Below, one piece after another: positions 45,106 to 56,942 of a DNA stretch of 64,000 nucleotides (position 1 is the stretch's first letter; each line of letters opens with the position of its first letter). The notes below the pieces were generated by a model. The model did no database searches and was not told where the DNA came from. It was given only the letters and a program-made list of their open reading frames with translations. The position numbers were made by a program, and so were the translations under genes. Origin of the DNA: an uncultured Rivularia sp. (lineage in GTDB: Bacteria; Cyanobacteriota; Cyanobacteriia; Cyanobacteriales; Nostocaceae); the NCBI GenBank assembly GCA_963665115.1, contig OY762007.1, forward strand, positions 6,848,001 through 6,912,000, given 5' to 3'.

Positions 45106-46404
45106 CTAAATTGGCAAAGTAATTAGAAATTTAGTTCCTTTGCCAGTGGTTGAGAAACAATCAATTTTTCCGCTGTGTTTCTCGACAATAATTTGGTGAC
45201 TAATTGCTAATCCCAATCCGGTTCCTTTTCCTACAGCTTTAGTTGTAAAAGATTGTTCAAAAATTCGAGCTTGTACTTCGGGAGGCATACCTAAAGCGTT
45301 ATCTTCAATGCTAATTGAAGCCGTATTTTTTGCTGTATTTACAGATGTTGTAATTATAATGCTGTATGGTAAATTTGCCGTTGAATCATCTGATTTTTCA
45401 TGTAAATCGTCAAATGCATCAATAGCATTAGCGACAATATTCATGAATACCTGATTTAATTGTCCTGGATAGCAATTAATTGGCGGTAGCTCGCTATAAT
45501 TTTTAATAATCTTAATTTTTGGACGCTCTCCTATATCTTTAAGTCGATGTTTGAGTAGCATCAAAGTGCTGTTTATTCCTTCGTGAATTTGATATTCTAC
45601 TTGGGATGCATTATCGGTACGAGCAAAAGTTCTTAAAGACAAGCTAATATCTTTTAAACGAGTGATTCCCTGACGCATTGATTTGAGAAGTTTTGGTAAA
45701 TCCTCTTTCAAATATTCTAAGTCTATTTCCTCAACAAGTTCTTCAATTTCTTCATCTTCTGAATCCGATAATTTTTCTTGTTGAAGCTCTACCAGACTGA
45801 AAAGATCGTTGAGGTATTCTTCGATATTAGAGCAACTTCCAGCAATAAAACCAATCGGATTATTGATTTCGTGTCCAATCCCGGCAACAAGTTGTCCCAA
45901 AGTTGACATTTTCTCGCTTTGAATTAATTGTAATTGGGTTTGTTGCAATTCTTCTACAGATTGGGTTAATTCTGCGGTGCGTTGCTGCACTTGTTGTTCG
46001 AGATTGCGGGTAAGTAAAGACAATCTTAGATGTAATTTTAATCGAGCAATAACTTCTTCTTTTTGAAAGGGTTTTGTTATATAGTCAACTGCACCAATTT
46101 CCAAGCCTCTGACTTTATCTGTAGTCTCAGAAAGAGCAGTCATGAAAATTACTGGAATATTTTCGGTAATCGAATTAGCTTTTAATCTGCGACAAGTTTC
46201 AAATCCATCAATACCTGGCATCATTATATCAAGAAGAATTAAATCGGGTTGAGCATATTCTGCTTGCTCGATTGCCGATTCACCATCAGTTGCCATCAGT
46301 GCTTTCCAGCCATAGCCCTGAATCGCTTCAAATAGTACTTTAAGATTGGTTGGATTGTCGTCAACCAAAAGAATATTCATTTCTTGAGATAAAATATTTG
46401 TCAT
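45106..46404 (-). CDS. Response-regulator receiver / histidine kinase hybrid
   Basis: REC (VDDN, LLDIMMP, KPF); [30 protein letters not shown]. Overlaps the upstream kinase by 4 nt. Confidence 0.93.
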   Translation of the reverse strand: MTNILSQEMNILLVDDNPTNLKVLFEAIQGYGWKALMATDGESAIEQAEYAQPDLILLDIMMPGIDGFETCRRLKANSITENIPVIFMTALSETTDKVRGLEIGAVDYITKPFQKEEVIARLKLHLRLSLLTRNLEQQVQQRTAELTQSVEELQQTQLQLIQSEKMSTLGQLVAGIGHEINNPIGFIAGSCSNIEEYLNDLFSLVELQQEKLSDSEDEEIEELVEEIDLEYLKEDLPKLLKSMRQGITRLKDISLSLRTFARTDNASQVEYQIHEGINSTLMLLKHRLKDIGERPKIKIIKNYSELPPINCYPGQLNQVFMNIVANAIDAFDDLHEKSDDSTANLPYSIIITTSVNTAKNTASISIEDNALGMPPEVQARIFEQSFTTKAVGKGTGLGLAISHQIIVEKHSGKIDCFSTTGKGTKFLITLPI

Positions 46405-49190
46405 TTTTGAGTAGACTCCTTAGCTAAAAACTTTTTGAGAAATTTACGAATTTTCGCAGTTTGGAAACTAGCAGCAAGCTTACTTATTTCTTCGGCGAAA
46501 CCCAATAGTTGCTTATCTCGGGCTGCGATTTCTTCTAGTATTCCCTCAATTGCTGGAATATCACCCATCATTGCTAAATGATATAGTTGTTGTACGATTT
46601 CCTCTGATGGGGGAATTATCTCGGTTTGGGTGGAATCTTCTTGATTGAGAGAAGAAGATTGAGGTAGTGTGGCATCAAGATTAGAATTTGAGTTGTCGTA
46701 AATCCATTCCAAATTTAAGAGATTTCCCAATGTTTTGGTTAATTCTTCAACCTGTAAAGGTTTCGGTAAAAAACTTTTTGCTCCTGCTTCTAAACTGCGT
46801 TGTTTATCTGCATCAAAAACGCTGGCGCTAGAAACGATGATTGGGATAGAAGAAGTTTGAGGATTGGCTTGAAGTTTCATCATCAGTTCAAAACCATCCA
46901 TATTAGGCATTGCTAAATCTAGTAAAATCCCATCTGGGTTATTTTCCGTTGCCAACTTTAGCCCTTCTATACCGTCGTTTGCTTCTAAAGTACGAAAGCC
47001 GATGGCTTGCAGTAAATTGTTCAATACATTGAGGTGATTTTTCTCATCTTCCACAATCAGAATTTGCGGTATATTTCCTTGAATACCAATTATTTTGTGT
47101 CGATTTGTAACTATTTCTGCTGCATATTCCTGGTTAATTGGTATTTCTAGTTCAACCGAGAAAGTACTTCCTTCACCCAGACTGCTTTCTACTTGAATTT
47201 TGCTTCCCATCAACGCCGCGATTCTTTGACTGATTGTTAATCCTAAACCAGTACCATCTGGACGTTTTCCTGTATCACCAACTTGCTCGAAAGGTTTAAA
47301 AATTTGCTGCAATTGCTCGGGTGACATACCCACACCCGTATCTTCTATACGAAAATCAATTGTACAATTTGTATCTTGATGTGAGAGACAATTAACTCTA
47401 AGAGTAACTCCACCTTTATCGGTAAATTTAATTGCATTACCCATCAAATTAATCAGTACTTGCCGCAAGCGTTTTTCATCAATTTCTACAGCAGCAGGTA
47501 AATTTTTATCTACAACAAGATTAAATGAAATACCCTTTTGTTCGGCTCGAATCTGACAAATTTCTGTAACACCGTGCAAAAAGCTTGGTAAATAAACGGT
47601 ACTGGGAAACAATTCTAATTTACGGGCTTCAATTTTAGAAAGATCCAAGATATCGTTAAGTAACATTAGTAAATGCGAGCCGCATTGATAAATAATGTTC
47701 ACACCTTCTAAATTTTTTCCCTTAATATCTGAATTCATTTCTAATACTTGAGCGAAACCAAGAATCCCGTTAAGCGGCGTGCGTAATTCGTGGCTCATAT
47801 TTGCCAGAAAATCACTTTTAGCTTGATTTGCACTATCAGCAACAAGTTTCGCTTCTTTTAATTCGTGGGTTCTTTCTTCAACTTTAATTTCTAAGGTTTT
47901 AGAATAATCTAATAGTTTATTATTCGCAATTTCTAACTGACGGTTACTTTGTACAAGCTTCTTTTGTTTATAAGCATTAGTAGTCGCAACTACATTACTA
48001 ATAAAAGCCACTAAAGCTGGAGTGACTGGTATTATTAAACCGTTCAAAAATATCCAGTAGCTACCACCAATTAAGCCAGCAGTAATTCCTATAGTTGCCC
48101 ATAAAATATTACCTCCCGGAAGCCGCTTTTTTTTATAAGTACTTGCCAAACACCAACTACCAATAGAACCGAGAGTTGAACATAGAGTTATCCAAATCAG
48201 GAAATTTGTTTGTGAAAAACCCTTTAAATTCGCATTTCCTAATTTTGCTCCCTTGACTAATTGCAAAGCTATATTGGCATGAACAATAACTCCTGGAGTC
48301 GGACTTCCCACAGCCAAGAAAGAAGAGCTAAAAGGAGTATTAAAGAAATCATTGGTACTCGAAGCAGTTGAACCGATAAACACCATGCGATCGCGCATGA
48401 TATCTTGCGGTATTTTTCCGGCTATGACATCGCGCATTTTTACCTTAGTAAATGCTTTTTCAGAGCCGTACCAGTTAAGTAAGATTTGATATCCGCCTAA
48501 ATATTTTTCAGTATAACCAGCTTCCCCAGCTTTTAATGGTGCATAAATTTGTTTACCCAACCTGTACTTTTTTTGTTCTTCATCAACTACTTCTAGTTGA
48601 ATTTTGTCTTTTTCTAGATACTTTGAAGCTACAAGAGTTGCCAAACCTGCTTTCTCTATATTTTCTTCCTTATCCATCGACGATAATAATGCCCGACGCA
48701 CGTGGCGATCGCCGTCTAATTCCAAGTTAGCTAAACCAACCTGTCCCTTTTTTTTCAACTCTGGTGGTGGCTTAACTTTTTCTCCCCCAATTTTCTCCAC
48801 ACCAAATAAGTTGGGAGTAGTTTGAAATACTTTAACAAGCTGTTCGTGTCCTTCTCCTTCAGGTAAATCGCGGTATAAATCTAAACCAATTGAGCGGGGT
48901 TTTTGTTTTCTAATTTTGTCGATTAAGTCAGCAAGTGCTGTATCGGGGATTGGCCATTTACCTACAGATTGAATATCTTTTTCATCAATAGTGACAACTA
49001 TAATTTCTGAAGCTAATTCTTCTTTATCTCCTAATTGAGAACGCAAGCGAAAAAACCCATCTCGGGTTTGCCATTCTGATAAATTGAATAATCCTATCCC
49101 CTGTGCAACAACAACAGCAACAGTAACTGTAGGAGTAATAATAAAAATGCTTCTATTTCGTTTAAAAAATGATTTTAGTTTAGACCACAT
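46401..49190 (-). CDS. CHASE2-domain hybrid sensor histidine kinase (CHASE2-TM-HisKA-HATPase-REC)
   Basis: [35 protein letters not shown], three TMs, [19 protein letters not shown]. Confidence 0.93.
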   Translation of the reverse strand: MWSKLKSFFKRNRSIFIITPTVTVAVVVAQGIGLFNLSEWQTRDGFFRLRSQLGDKEELASEIIVVTIDEKDIQSVGKWPIPDTALADLIDKIRKQKPRSIGLDLYRDLPEGEGHEQLVKVFQTTPNLFGVEKIGGEKVKPPPELKKKGQVGLANLELDGDRHVRRALLSSMDKEENIEKAGLATLVASKYLEKDKIQLEVVDEEQKKYRLGKQIYAPLKAGEAGYTEKYLGGYQILLNWYGSEKAFTKVKMRDVIAGKIPQDIMRDRMVFIGSTASSTNDFFNTPFSSSFLAVGSPTPGVIVHANIALQLVKGAKLGNANLKGFSQTNFLIWITLCSTLGSIGSWCLASTYKKKRLPGGNILWATIGITAGLIGGSYWIFLNGLIIPVTPALVAFISNVVATTNAYKQKKLVQSNRQLEIANNKLLDYSKTLEIKVEERTHELKEAKLVADSANQAKSDFLANMSHELRTPLNGILGFAQVLEMNSDIKGKNLEGVNIIYQCGSHLLMLLNDILDLSKIEARKLELFPSTVYLPSFLHGVTEICQIRAEQKGISFNLVVDKNLPAAVEIDEKRLRQVLINLMGNAIKFTDKGGVTLRVNCLSHQDTNCTIDFRIEDTGVGMSPEQLQQIFKPFEQVGDTGKRPDGTGLGLTISQRIAALMGSKIQVESSLGEGSTFSVELEIPINQEYAAEIVTNRHKIIGIQGNIPQILIVEDEKNHLNVLNNLLQAIGFRTLEANDGIEGLKLATENNPDGILLDLAMPNMDGFELMMKLQANPQTSSIPIIVSSASVFDADKQRSLEAGAKSFLPKPLQVEELTKTLGNLLNLEWIYDNSNSNLDATLPQSSSLNQEDSTQTEIIPPSEEIVQQLYHLAMMGDIPAIEGILEEIAARDKQLLGFAEEISKLAASFQTAKIRKFLKKFLAKESTQK

Positions 49191-49373
49191 GAATATATTG
49201 AATAAAAGGGAGTAGGGAGTAGGGAATAGGTAGTGGAGAGTAGCGCGTTGCAGAGCATCCTTACCCGTTCTTTAATTACTTAAAATAAAATTTACTGTGA
49301 AGATTTTAGATCAAATATTTAAGAGACGATTTCATGTTTGAAACCGTCTCGTGAACAATGCAAAATTCAGTAT

Positions 49374-50441
49374 TTAAAATTTCAGATTATTAGCAACTAT
49401 GGGAGCTTTTTTAATTTGTTGAAGCCCCACAGATTCTAATAATTCCGACCATTCTTTATCTAAATTAACGTTGTTCGGTTGAGAAGCCCGTAATTTTGCT
49501 AAAGTTGTCACGCAGTCATACCAAACACCTTGCTTAGCGAAAGTTTCAGCTTGCTGAAGCAAATCTCCTTGCTGCATTGATGCGATTATTTCTTGATTGG
49601 GTTGAATGCGCTTAATCCAACCATCAACATAGGGAGTTCTAGTACTTAATACTCCATCAATTTTCAATGCTAAGAACCATTTGTATTCTTTATCAACTTG
49701 TAACTCAACCGGAACTTTGATAGAAATAATTTCAGCTTTGCCAGATATTGGTACATTCATTTCATATACAGTATTTCCTTCACTATCTTTGAAGCTAAAA
49801 ACACTGTCTCTTGCTGCTGATTGAGGTACGTAAACAAGAATCTCTGCACGTTGAGAAACTGTTTTTCCGTAGTAGGTTTGAGGCAAAAGCGCCAAAATAG
49901 CCGCAGGCTGTTCTACTGTAGTGTCGGGGTAATTGAGATAGCGACGGCCGTCTCTATAGGAAGCGCCCGAAGCGCCCGAACTATATCGATTTGGTGACTC
50001 TATATCTCCACTTGTGAATAAGTTACGAGAAGCTCCAGCGGCACGTCCTTTAGTACTGGTACCGCTTTCAAATATGGTACGAGAAGCTCCACCTACACCT
50101 GTTTTAGTACTGGTACCGCTTTCAAATATGGTACGAGAAGCTCCACCTACGCCTGTTTTAGTACTGGTACCGCTTTCAAATATGGTACGAGAAGCTCCAC
50201 CTACGCCTGTTTTAGTACTAGTGCCACTTTCAAACATAGTGCGAGAACTTCCAGCGGCACGTCCTTTAGTACTAGTGCCACTTTCAAACATAGTGCGAGA
50301 AGCTCCACCGACACCTCCTTTCACAGAACTGTTATCTTCTGGAGAACTAAAAGACACAGCACCAACTTTTTGCGATGGCATCCATGCCGTGCTAGCAATT
50401 AAAGCAAAGCCTAAAGTACTAGCAAATATTATTTGTTTCAT
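49374..50441 (-). CDS. Secreted DUF928-domain protein with N-terminal tandem peptide repeats
   Basis: Signal peptide ending VGA; LALLP...GKTV...LVYVP, YKW, GWIKR, GVWYD...LAKLR...W.ELLESVGL are DUF928-type motifs. Confidence 0.88.
   Translation of the reverse strand: MKQIIFASTLGFALIASTAWMPSQKVGAVSFSSPEDNSSVKGGVGGASRTMFESGTSTKGRAAGSSRTMFESGTSTKTGVGGASRTIFESGTSTKTGVGGASRTIFESGTSTKTGVGGASRTIFESGTSTKGRAAGASRNLFTSGDIESPNRYSSGASGASYRDGRRYLNYPDTTVEQPAAILALLPQTYYGKTVSQRAEILVYVPQSAARDSVFSFKDSEGNTVYEMNVPISGKAEIISIKVPVELQVDKEYKWFLALKIDGVLSTRTPYVDGWIKRIQPNQEIIASMQQGDLLQQAETFAKQGVWYDCVTTLAKLRASQPNNVNLDKEWSELLESVGLQQIKKAPIVANNLKF
50025..50294 (-). repeat. 54-bp (18-aa) coding tandem repeat, 5 copies
   Basis: T(M/I)FESGTSTK(GRAA/TGVG)G(A/S)SR five times. 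Confidence 0.97.
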
Positions 50442-50703
50442 TTATTACCCCTTACTAAAGGCAGATGATAGTATAATTTTTTTTAATCTTTCATCAGCTT
50501 CCAACAAAATAAAATGTTAAACTCTTTCCTCAATCAACTTTGTTGAGCAAACTTGAAATGAAAAACTATTTATATTTTAAAAAAATTACTTCTGATACGG
50601 ACTGGTGATATTACTTATATCAAAGTTAAATATTAAACAATTATATCAATGTAGTTTTTAAAGGGGGAGAGGGGGACAAAGAGAAGGATAATTACTTACT
50701 CAT

Positions 50704-50895
50704 TACTAGTAGTCCTTTTCATTTGTTTTGATGGGTTGTAGAGACGTAGCAGTGCTACGTCTCCTGACGTTAGGTCGAAACGAATCCCTCAGAATTTATG
50801 CAAAGGACTACTAGTAGTTGATTGCATAAATTCTGAAGGGTTCGTTTTTCCCGTAACCTTCGGGAGACGTTATGTATAACGTCTCTACAACCCGT
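50704..50895. repeat. Composite inverted-repeat element (REP doublet plus MITE-like ends)
   Basis: GGGTTGTAGAGACGT...ACGTCTCTACAACCC outer arms; inner arms CAGAATTTATGCAA/TTGCATAAATTCTG; TACTAGTAGTCCTTT/AAAGGACTACTAGTA pair. Confidence 0.85.
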
Positions 50896-50908
50896 CGGAA
50901 TACTCCTT

Positions 50909-53482
50909 TTACTGCCAATTCCCAACTAGAACAAACGCAGACCAGAAATACGGTTCGTGGAAGTCTGTTTTTTTCATAATGCTTATCTGAGCTTGTCTGA
51001 GAGCTTCTGCTTTTGTGGTTCCTGGTTTTAACAGGTTTTCGTAAAAGCTATTCATTAAGGCAACTGTGGCTTGGTCTTTTACTGGCCATAAAGAGGCAAT
51101 CGTAGAACGTGCGCCGGATTTGACAGCTAAACCTGCTAAACCTAAAACAGCACGATTGTCTCCAGCAGCAGTATCGCAGGCACTCAATACCAACAAGTCA
51201 ATATTTTGAGATTGTCTGCTTTGACGATTTCGCAATAGTTCTGAAAGCTCTTTGATATTAATCTGCCCATCCCAAGTAAGTAAAAATGTGTCGTTCAAAT
51301 TAGAACTAAATTGTCCGTGAGTAGCAAGGTGAACTACATTCGCAGAACCATTTTTTACTGTTGCTGAAAGACTTGCTTCTGTAAGATTATCGTTGAGTAA
51401 AGTAGAAGCAGAACTTATTTTTTCGGAGATTTGTTTTACTTCAGACTTGACACCCGGAAGCGAACTAAAGCCAGAACGAGCTTCGCTAATCCCGGCAACA
51501 ACTGCTTTAATATTATTTGATTTTAAAGATGTTCCCTGCATCAATTGCAATCCCGGTGAAAGGGTGACGGCATATTTTTCAATTAAATATTGCTGCCCAT
51601 CATAAAGTCCTGACATCGGTATATTCCGCAGTAAGCCATCTAAAACGAATACTAAAGTTTTACTGTCTTTGAAATTTGCTTGAGCTTCCAATGGGCTAAT
51701 CAGCCATTCGTAAACTTGTTTGGATAAAAGATTGCGTTTTCGTATATCGGATACTGGATTTAAAGCTGCTGATAATTGCTTTAAAGTTTGTTCGACTTCC
51801 TCTTCAGACTTATTCACAATGCTGTAAGACAGTGGCTGTCCGGCTTTGGAGTAAATCACCGCTAAACGATCTTCGAGAATAATCGGATAAACTACCGTTG
51901 CCGATTTATCAATTTGGTCAATTTGCTCGGCTTTATCCAAACAAGCTTCTCTTAAAAAGTTATCTAACTCGGCAACCTGCAATGATTCAATTAAATCTCT
52001 GGCTTGAACTAGATTATCTTGATCTGGTTTTCCTTCGAGCAATAATCCTACCAATTCTCTGTAAACGGGTTCCACACTTTCCCGGAATGAAAACTGTACG
52101 TCGGAATTTACCGCGACTAAATCTGTACGAATGGCTTTGAGGGCATTTACGGCTTCAGTGTAATTGGCGATCGCCTGTTGCGTTTTATTTTGCTGTTTAT
52201 GCAAGCGCCCTAATTCCCAAGCTGACTGAGCAATAATATCTTCCGATTGCAGTTGCCGAGCAATATTCAAAGACTGTTGAGTTAACTTTTCTGCTTCAGA
52301 AAACTGTCCGGTAAAACGATAAAACTCACCCAATTGTTTAAGAGCATAAGCTTCTGCTTGCTTATCTTCGATCTGTCGAGCTTCGTTGACAGTTTTTGCC
52401 AGCATTTGACTCAAATCGTTCAAAGGTATAAGCCGAAGTGGATTTTCTAACCTACTTAGGGCAGCAATAAAATTAATTCTGCTATAGAGAGATGTACGAC
52501 TCGGAGGTAATTCGTTAAGTTGCTGATAAAGTTGAGCAGCTAAAGGAGTTGCATAATTATCAACACCATAATCAGCAAATAATTTAAACTGTTTTAGACG
52601 CGACTGTAATTTATCTTGAGGATTGCTCGCGGCTTTTTCTGCTTCTTCAAAGAATACCAAAGCATCATCGGGATCTTCTAAATCGACGGCAGTTTTACCC
52701 AAAGTTTGTAAAATGCTGCTGACTTGATTATCGGCTTTAATTTTTTTCGCAGTTTTATAACTTTGAATGAGAACTTCTTGACTCTCTTTAGAAATTCCCA
52801 TTGACTGCAAAGTTACCCCAAGACTCCGCAAACCACTTACCTTGATTTCCGAATCTGGCATTTTGTTCAACTTTTGATTTATCGCTTCTAACTCCTTTTT
52901 AGATCGACGATAAAATCCCATACTTTGCAAAGCTTGAGCCTGATTGATTTGACTACCCAGACTTCCAATATCATCTTTGGCTTGTTCGTAATATTTCTGT
53001 GCTTGCTTCCAGCTTTCTAATGCTGCACTAGCTTTGCCAGTATGTAGCTCCAAACCAGCTTGAGTATTCAATACTTGCGCCCAGACAATCGCATCGGGAG
53101 CGGGTTTAGCCGTTTTTAATAACTCTAAAGCTTTGCTAACCGATTTTTGGGAATTATCTAGCTGCTGTAGTTCCTGTTGAGCCAGAGAAAGATAACTATA
53201 AGATAAAGCTTGATTTAACAAATCTCCTTGCATTTGATATTGCTTTGCTCCCGTCTGCCAAATATTCGCAGCTTCCGCAAAACGTCCTTGATGATAAAGA
53301 TTTCTTCCTTGTTTTAATGCATCTGCATCTACATTTGCTTGCTTAACTACTGTTGCAGAATTATTAAAAGAAGCAGTAGCAGAATTGATATTCCAAAATA
53401 AAGGTAATACTAAAGCCAAACATAAACTTAAAAAGCTGAGACTGATATACAGCCAGCGACGTTTTAGAAAAAGATAAATCAT
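50909..53482 (-). CDS. Secreted or membrane-anchored TPR + CHAT (caspase-like) protease
   Basis: N-terminal basic plus hydrophobic leader; TPRs; catalytic HLATHG and LSACDT intact; ASLWPV and PYFWSAFVLVGNW. Confidence 0.95.
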   Translation of the reverse strand: MIYLFLKRRWLYISLSFLSLCLALVLPLFWNINSATASFNNSATVVKQANVDADALKQGRNLYHQGRFAEAANIWQTGAKQYQMQGDLLNQALSYSYLSLAQQELQQLDNSQKSVSKALELLKTAKPAPDAIVWAQVLNTQAGLELHTGKASAALESWKQAQKYYEQAKDDIGSLGSQINQAQALQSMGFYRRSKKELEAINQKLNKMPDSEIKVSGLRSLGVTLQSMGISKESQEVLIQSYKTAKKIKADNQVSSILQTLGKTAVDLEDPDDALVFFEEAEKAASNPQDKLQSRLKQFKLFADYGVDNYATPLAAQLYQQLNELPPSRTSLYSRINFIAALSRLENPLRLIPLNDLSQMLAKTVNEARQIEDKQAEAYALKQLGEFYRFTGQFSEAEKLTQQSLNIARQLQSEDIIAQSAWELGRLHKQQNKTQQAIANYTEAVNALKAIRTDLVAVNSDVQFSFRESVEPVYRELVGLLLEGKPDQDNLVQARDLIESLQVAELDNFLREACLDKAEQIDQIDKSATVVYPIILEDRLAVIYSKAGQPLSYSIVNKSEEEVEQTLKQLSAALNPVSDIRKRNLLSKQVYEWLISPLEAQANFKDSKTLVFVLDGLLRNIPMSGLYDGQQYLIEKYAVTLSPGLQLMQGTSLKSNNIKAVVAGISEARSGFSSLPGVKSEVKQISEKISSASTLLNDNLTEASLSATVKNGSANVVHLATHGQFSSNLNDTFLLTWDGQINIKELSELLRNRQSRQSQNIDLLVLSACDTAAGDNRAVLGLAGLAVKSGARSTIASLWPVKDQATVALMNSFYENLLKPGTTKAEALRQAQISIMKKTDFHEPYFWSAFVLVGNWQ

Positions 53483-53624
53483 TGTAGATGTTTTAATTAA
53501 TAACTATTTACCAATGAACCTCACCCCCTTCCCCTCTCCACATATTAGGAGAAGGGTGCCGGAGGCGGGTTGAGGTAACAGCGCCTAAATGAAAATAGTT
53601 GATCTTCGATTCGAGTATTTTATT

Positions 53625-53675
53625 TTCTGAATTTATAGTTCCCTGATTTATTTTTCTACTAACACAAACTTTAAA
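53625..53675 (-). promoter_or_regulatory. Bipartite promoter-like motif upstream of the CHAT gene
   Basis: TTTAAAGTTTGTGTTA-N15-AGGGAACTATAAATTCAGAA on the coding strand. Confidence 0.65.
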
Positions 53676-53686
53676 ATTCAGTGTTA

Positions 53687-54310
53687 TTACGTATCGGCTC
53701 CACTACAGTTAGATATTTGTTTTGTTGTCGAAGAGATATTTTGAGCAGCAACAAGTTCAATTTCTCCCTTGAAATTACGGATAAAACCAGTAGCTTCTAT
53801 AATTGCTGGTTTGTTTGATATTTCTGTAGTTTGAATATTATTGTTTCTTTTGCGATATATTGACAAATCACGAATATCTGACCAACTATAATTTATATCA
53901 ACTTGTTGATTGGGATTTTTAGTAATTCCACCTCTTCCGGTTGCGACAAAAGTATTGTCGGAGTTATTAGAACATCCCGACGCAATTTGTTGTGATGAAT
54001 CTGCTAATTCTAAATTTAATTCTACGAAACCAGAACTGGGATCGAGACTAATATTATTGATTGCTACCGTACCATTAACACCAAATTCAGAACTCGCGGT
54101 AATATCGCTTTCTTCGGTTACTTCGTCGCGGAATTCTAAGCCGAATATACCTTGAGTAATAATATCAATTTGACCGCCATTACCTTCTACAGCATTGGCA
54201 GAAATTGTATTGGTTGTGCCATCAGATGTTACCTGAGCCACTGCTGGTAAAATAATTGCTGAGGTTAGTAAACTACTCAACAATCCAGATAGAAATACAA
54301 TTTCTTTCAT
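53687..54310 (-). CDS. Miniature FHA-like protein: signal peptide fused directly to the conserved C-terminal domain
   Basis: MKEIVFLSGL...AQVTSDGTTNT joined in frame to ISANAVEGNGG...; lacks the haemagglutinin N-domain and beta-helix of its paralogues. Confidence 0.8.
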   Translation of the reverse strand: MKEIVFLSGLLSSLLTSAIILPAVAQVTSDGTTNTISANAVEGNGGQIDIITQGIFGLEFRDEVTEESDITASSEFGVNGTVAINNISLDPSSGFVELNLELADSSQQIASGCSNNSDNTFVATGRGGITKNPNQQVDINYSWSDIRDLSIYRKRNNNIQTTEISNKPAIIEATGFIRNFKGEIELVAAQNISSTTKQISNCSGADT

Positions 54311-54331
54311 TTTGTAAAAAAACTTTCTATA

Positions 54332-54376
54332 TTCTGGATTTATGGTTCCCTAATTATTTATGTTGTTAACACAATC
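54332..54376 (-). promoter_or_regulatory. Bipartite promoter-like motif
   Basis: TTGTGTTA-N15-AGGGAACCATAAATCCAGAA, ending about 21 nt before the ATG. Confidence 0.65.
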
Positions 54377-54393
54377 TTTGATAAACAGTATTA

Positions 54394-56872
54394 TTACGTA
54401 CTCAATCCGCTACAGTTAATTACTTTTTCCGTTGAAAAAGGTTTACTTTCAGAAGAAACAAATTCTATTTCTCCATTTTGATTACGTATAAAACCAGTAG
54501 CTTCTACAATTGCTGCTTTGTTTGATATTTGTGTAGTTTCAATATTATTACTTGGCTTACGAGATGTTGAAAAATTGCGAATATCATACCAAGTTTGATT
54601 TGATATTAAATGTTGGTTGGGACTGTAAGGTATTCCACCCTTTCCGGTAATTAAAAAATTACTGCCTTTATTATTTAAACATCCAGAAGCAATTTGTTGT
54701 GACGAATCTGATAATTCTACTGGTAATTCGACTAAACCAAAACCGGGGTCAATTCCAATATTGTTGATTGCGACCGTACCGTTAACACCAAATTTGGAAC
54801 TAGCTGTAATGTCGCTTTCTTCTGTCAGTTCGTCGCGGAATTCCAAACCGAATATACCCTGAGTTGTAATATCAATATTTCCACCGTTACCTTCAATAGC
54901 ATTAGCAATAATATCGCTATTTTCAAAACCGGCAATTACAGGAGAATTTACACTAATATTACCACCGTTCCCGGTACCTAACGATTCTGTATTTATGAAG
55001 CTATTATTCCGGAATATCAGAGATTCTTTTAAATTTAAGCTGATGTTACCACCCTTTCCAGAAGCGGTATTTGCAATTATTTTTCCTGCATTATTAACTA
55101 ATATAGAGTTACTATTAATACTTAAATCTCCCCCATTTCCCGTTCCATTATTATTAACAGCAACTTCTCCTCCGTCGTCTATCCGTAACTTGGGGGTATT
55201 GATAATTAAACTACCAGAATTTCCACTAGGACGGTCGGGAATTCCAGCAACTTGACGAAAAACTTCAGGAGCAATGGGAGCACTTGCGGAAATACTGCTA
55301 AAGAGTCCTGGGCTACCACCCCTGACTTCTATAGATTCTGAAGCATTGACAGTGATTTGTCCGCCCTTACCACTGTTGAAAGTTGCAGAATTAACAAAAG
55401 CTCCATCTTCTGCGATCAGTTTAGATGTATTTACAGTTACCGAACCACCATCACCTTGCTGTAAAGCATTAGAACCAATTGAAGAAGGGGATAAAAGACT
55501 TGGTTCTACACCTATAAGTTTTATAGTTCCCGAGACATTTACATCTACATTTCCACTATCTCCTTGTCCAAAGTTGTTAGCGCTTATTGTGCCACCATTT
55601 GTAATATTTATATTTGATGCAGTGACGCTAATATTACCCGATTTCCCAGGGCTAAGAGTTGCTGCGGCAATTCCGCTAAGAGAACTTGGATTTAAGGGTG
55701 CAGAACGATTTATTTGAATATTTTCAGCCACATTAACAGTAATATTACCTCCAGAGGCACCACTGAAAGTTCGTGACTGGAAAATTCCTCCTTCATCAAG
55801 ATCTAAATTCCTGGCAGAAATATCAATATCTGCACCTTTTTCTGAACCCAGAGTTTCGGTTGTGAAGCGAACTGGAGTTGTTCCTAGAATCATTCCCATA
55901 TCTGGGGCTATTCTTACATCTCCAGATAAATTTAAATCACCTGCTGCTCTAACTTGAATGCGATTAGGTGCTTGACTTCCTAGAGTTTGAATCAAAACAT
56001 TGGAAGCATCTTTGAAGCTAATATTTTGACCTTGTAATTGAATCCCACCACTGGTTAAACCACTTGCATCTAATAAAGACTGTTTGACAAGTTGAATATC
56101 CCCAAAACTTTCAATCTTCCCATAATCTAACTGGAATTCAGTTGATGTGTAACTCAGATCGACTATTCCTGCTTGTACCCCACCTAATTCAATCCTACCG
56201 TTTTCAGCAGTTAGAACAGCACCTGATAAATTAACACTTTTTCCAACTAACGCGATCGCCTTTCCCGAATTTACCTGCAATGTTGATTGGGTTAAGTTGC
56301 GAACTACAGGAGTAAATCCTCCTCCAATCAATCGATGTCCCGTCCCCACGTACCTCAATAACTCCTGAATTTTGACCCATTTGTAAGCCTAGAGGTACAG
56401 TTACTTTTAACAATGCTGTACTTTGGGGATTAACTGCGCTAAATTCAAATCCATCTGCAAACAACACGCTTTCTGCTGTACTTCCTAAAAAGGAGCCACC
56501 AATTTTTAAAGAAGCATTTTCCCCAAATACAATTCCCGCAGGATTAATTAAAAATAAATTCGCATTACCGTTAGCTTTAATTAACCCATCAATATTAGAT
56601 ATATTTCCACCAGTTACCCGGTTAATAATATTCACCACCGAGGTTGAGTTATCGAAAACAGCAGAACCTCCTGTAGGAATAGAAAATTCTTTGAAACTAT
56701 GAAATAAATTGTTTCCTTTTTCAATACCGTTGATAATATTAAAATTATTATTGCTTTGATTAACAGTTGTATTATTAGTGTTATCTGATGTTACTTGAGA
56801 ATAAGCTGGTAAAACAATTCCCGAAGTTAGTAAACTACTTATCAATCCAGATAGAAATGCAATCCCTTTCAT
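54394..56872 (-). CDS. Filamentous haemagglutinin N-domain (TPS-like) beta-helical secreted protein, +1 frameshift near 56345
   Basis: NLFHSF, NIINRVTGG, INPAGI motifs; removing one G gives EVRGTGHRL and joins the 213-aa and 654-aa ORFs. Confidence 0.9.
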
Positions 56873-56891
56873 ATTGTAAAAATATTTTATT

Positions 56892-56942
56892 TTCTGGACT
56901 TATGATTCCCTAATTTTAAAGATTACTAACACAAACATTAAA
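56892..56942 (-). promoter_or_regulatory. Bipartite promoter-like motif
   Basis: GTTTGTGTTA-N15-AGGGAATCATAAGTCCAGAA. Confidence 0.65.

Noticed and set aside
50025..50294. Possible CRISPR array
   Set aside because: Contiguous in-frame repeats without unique spacers.
50014..50520. 168-aa plus-strand ORF with 18-aa repeats
   Set aside because: Antisense read of the DUF928 repeat; no independent evidence.
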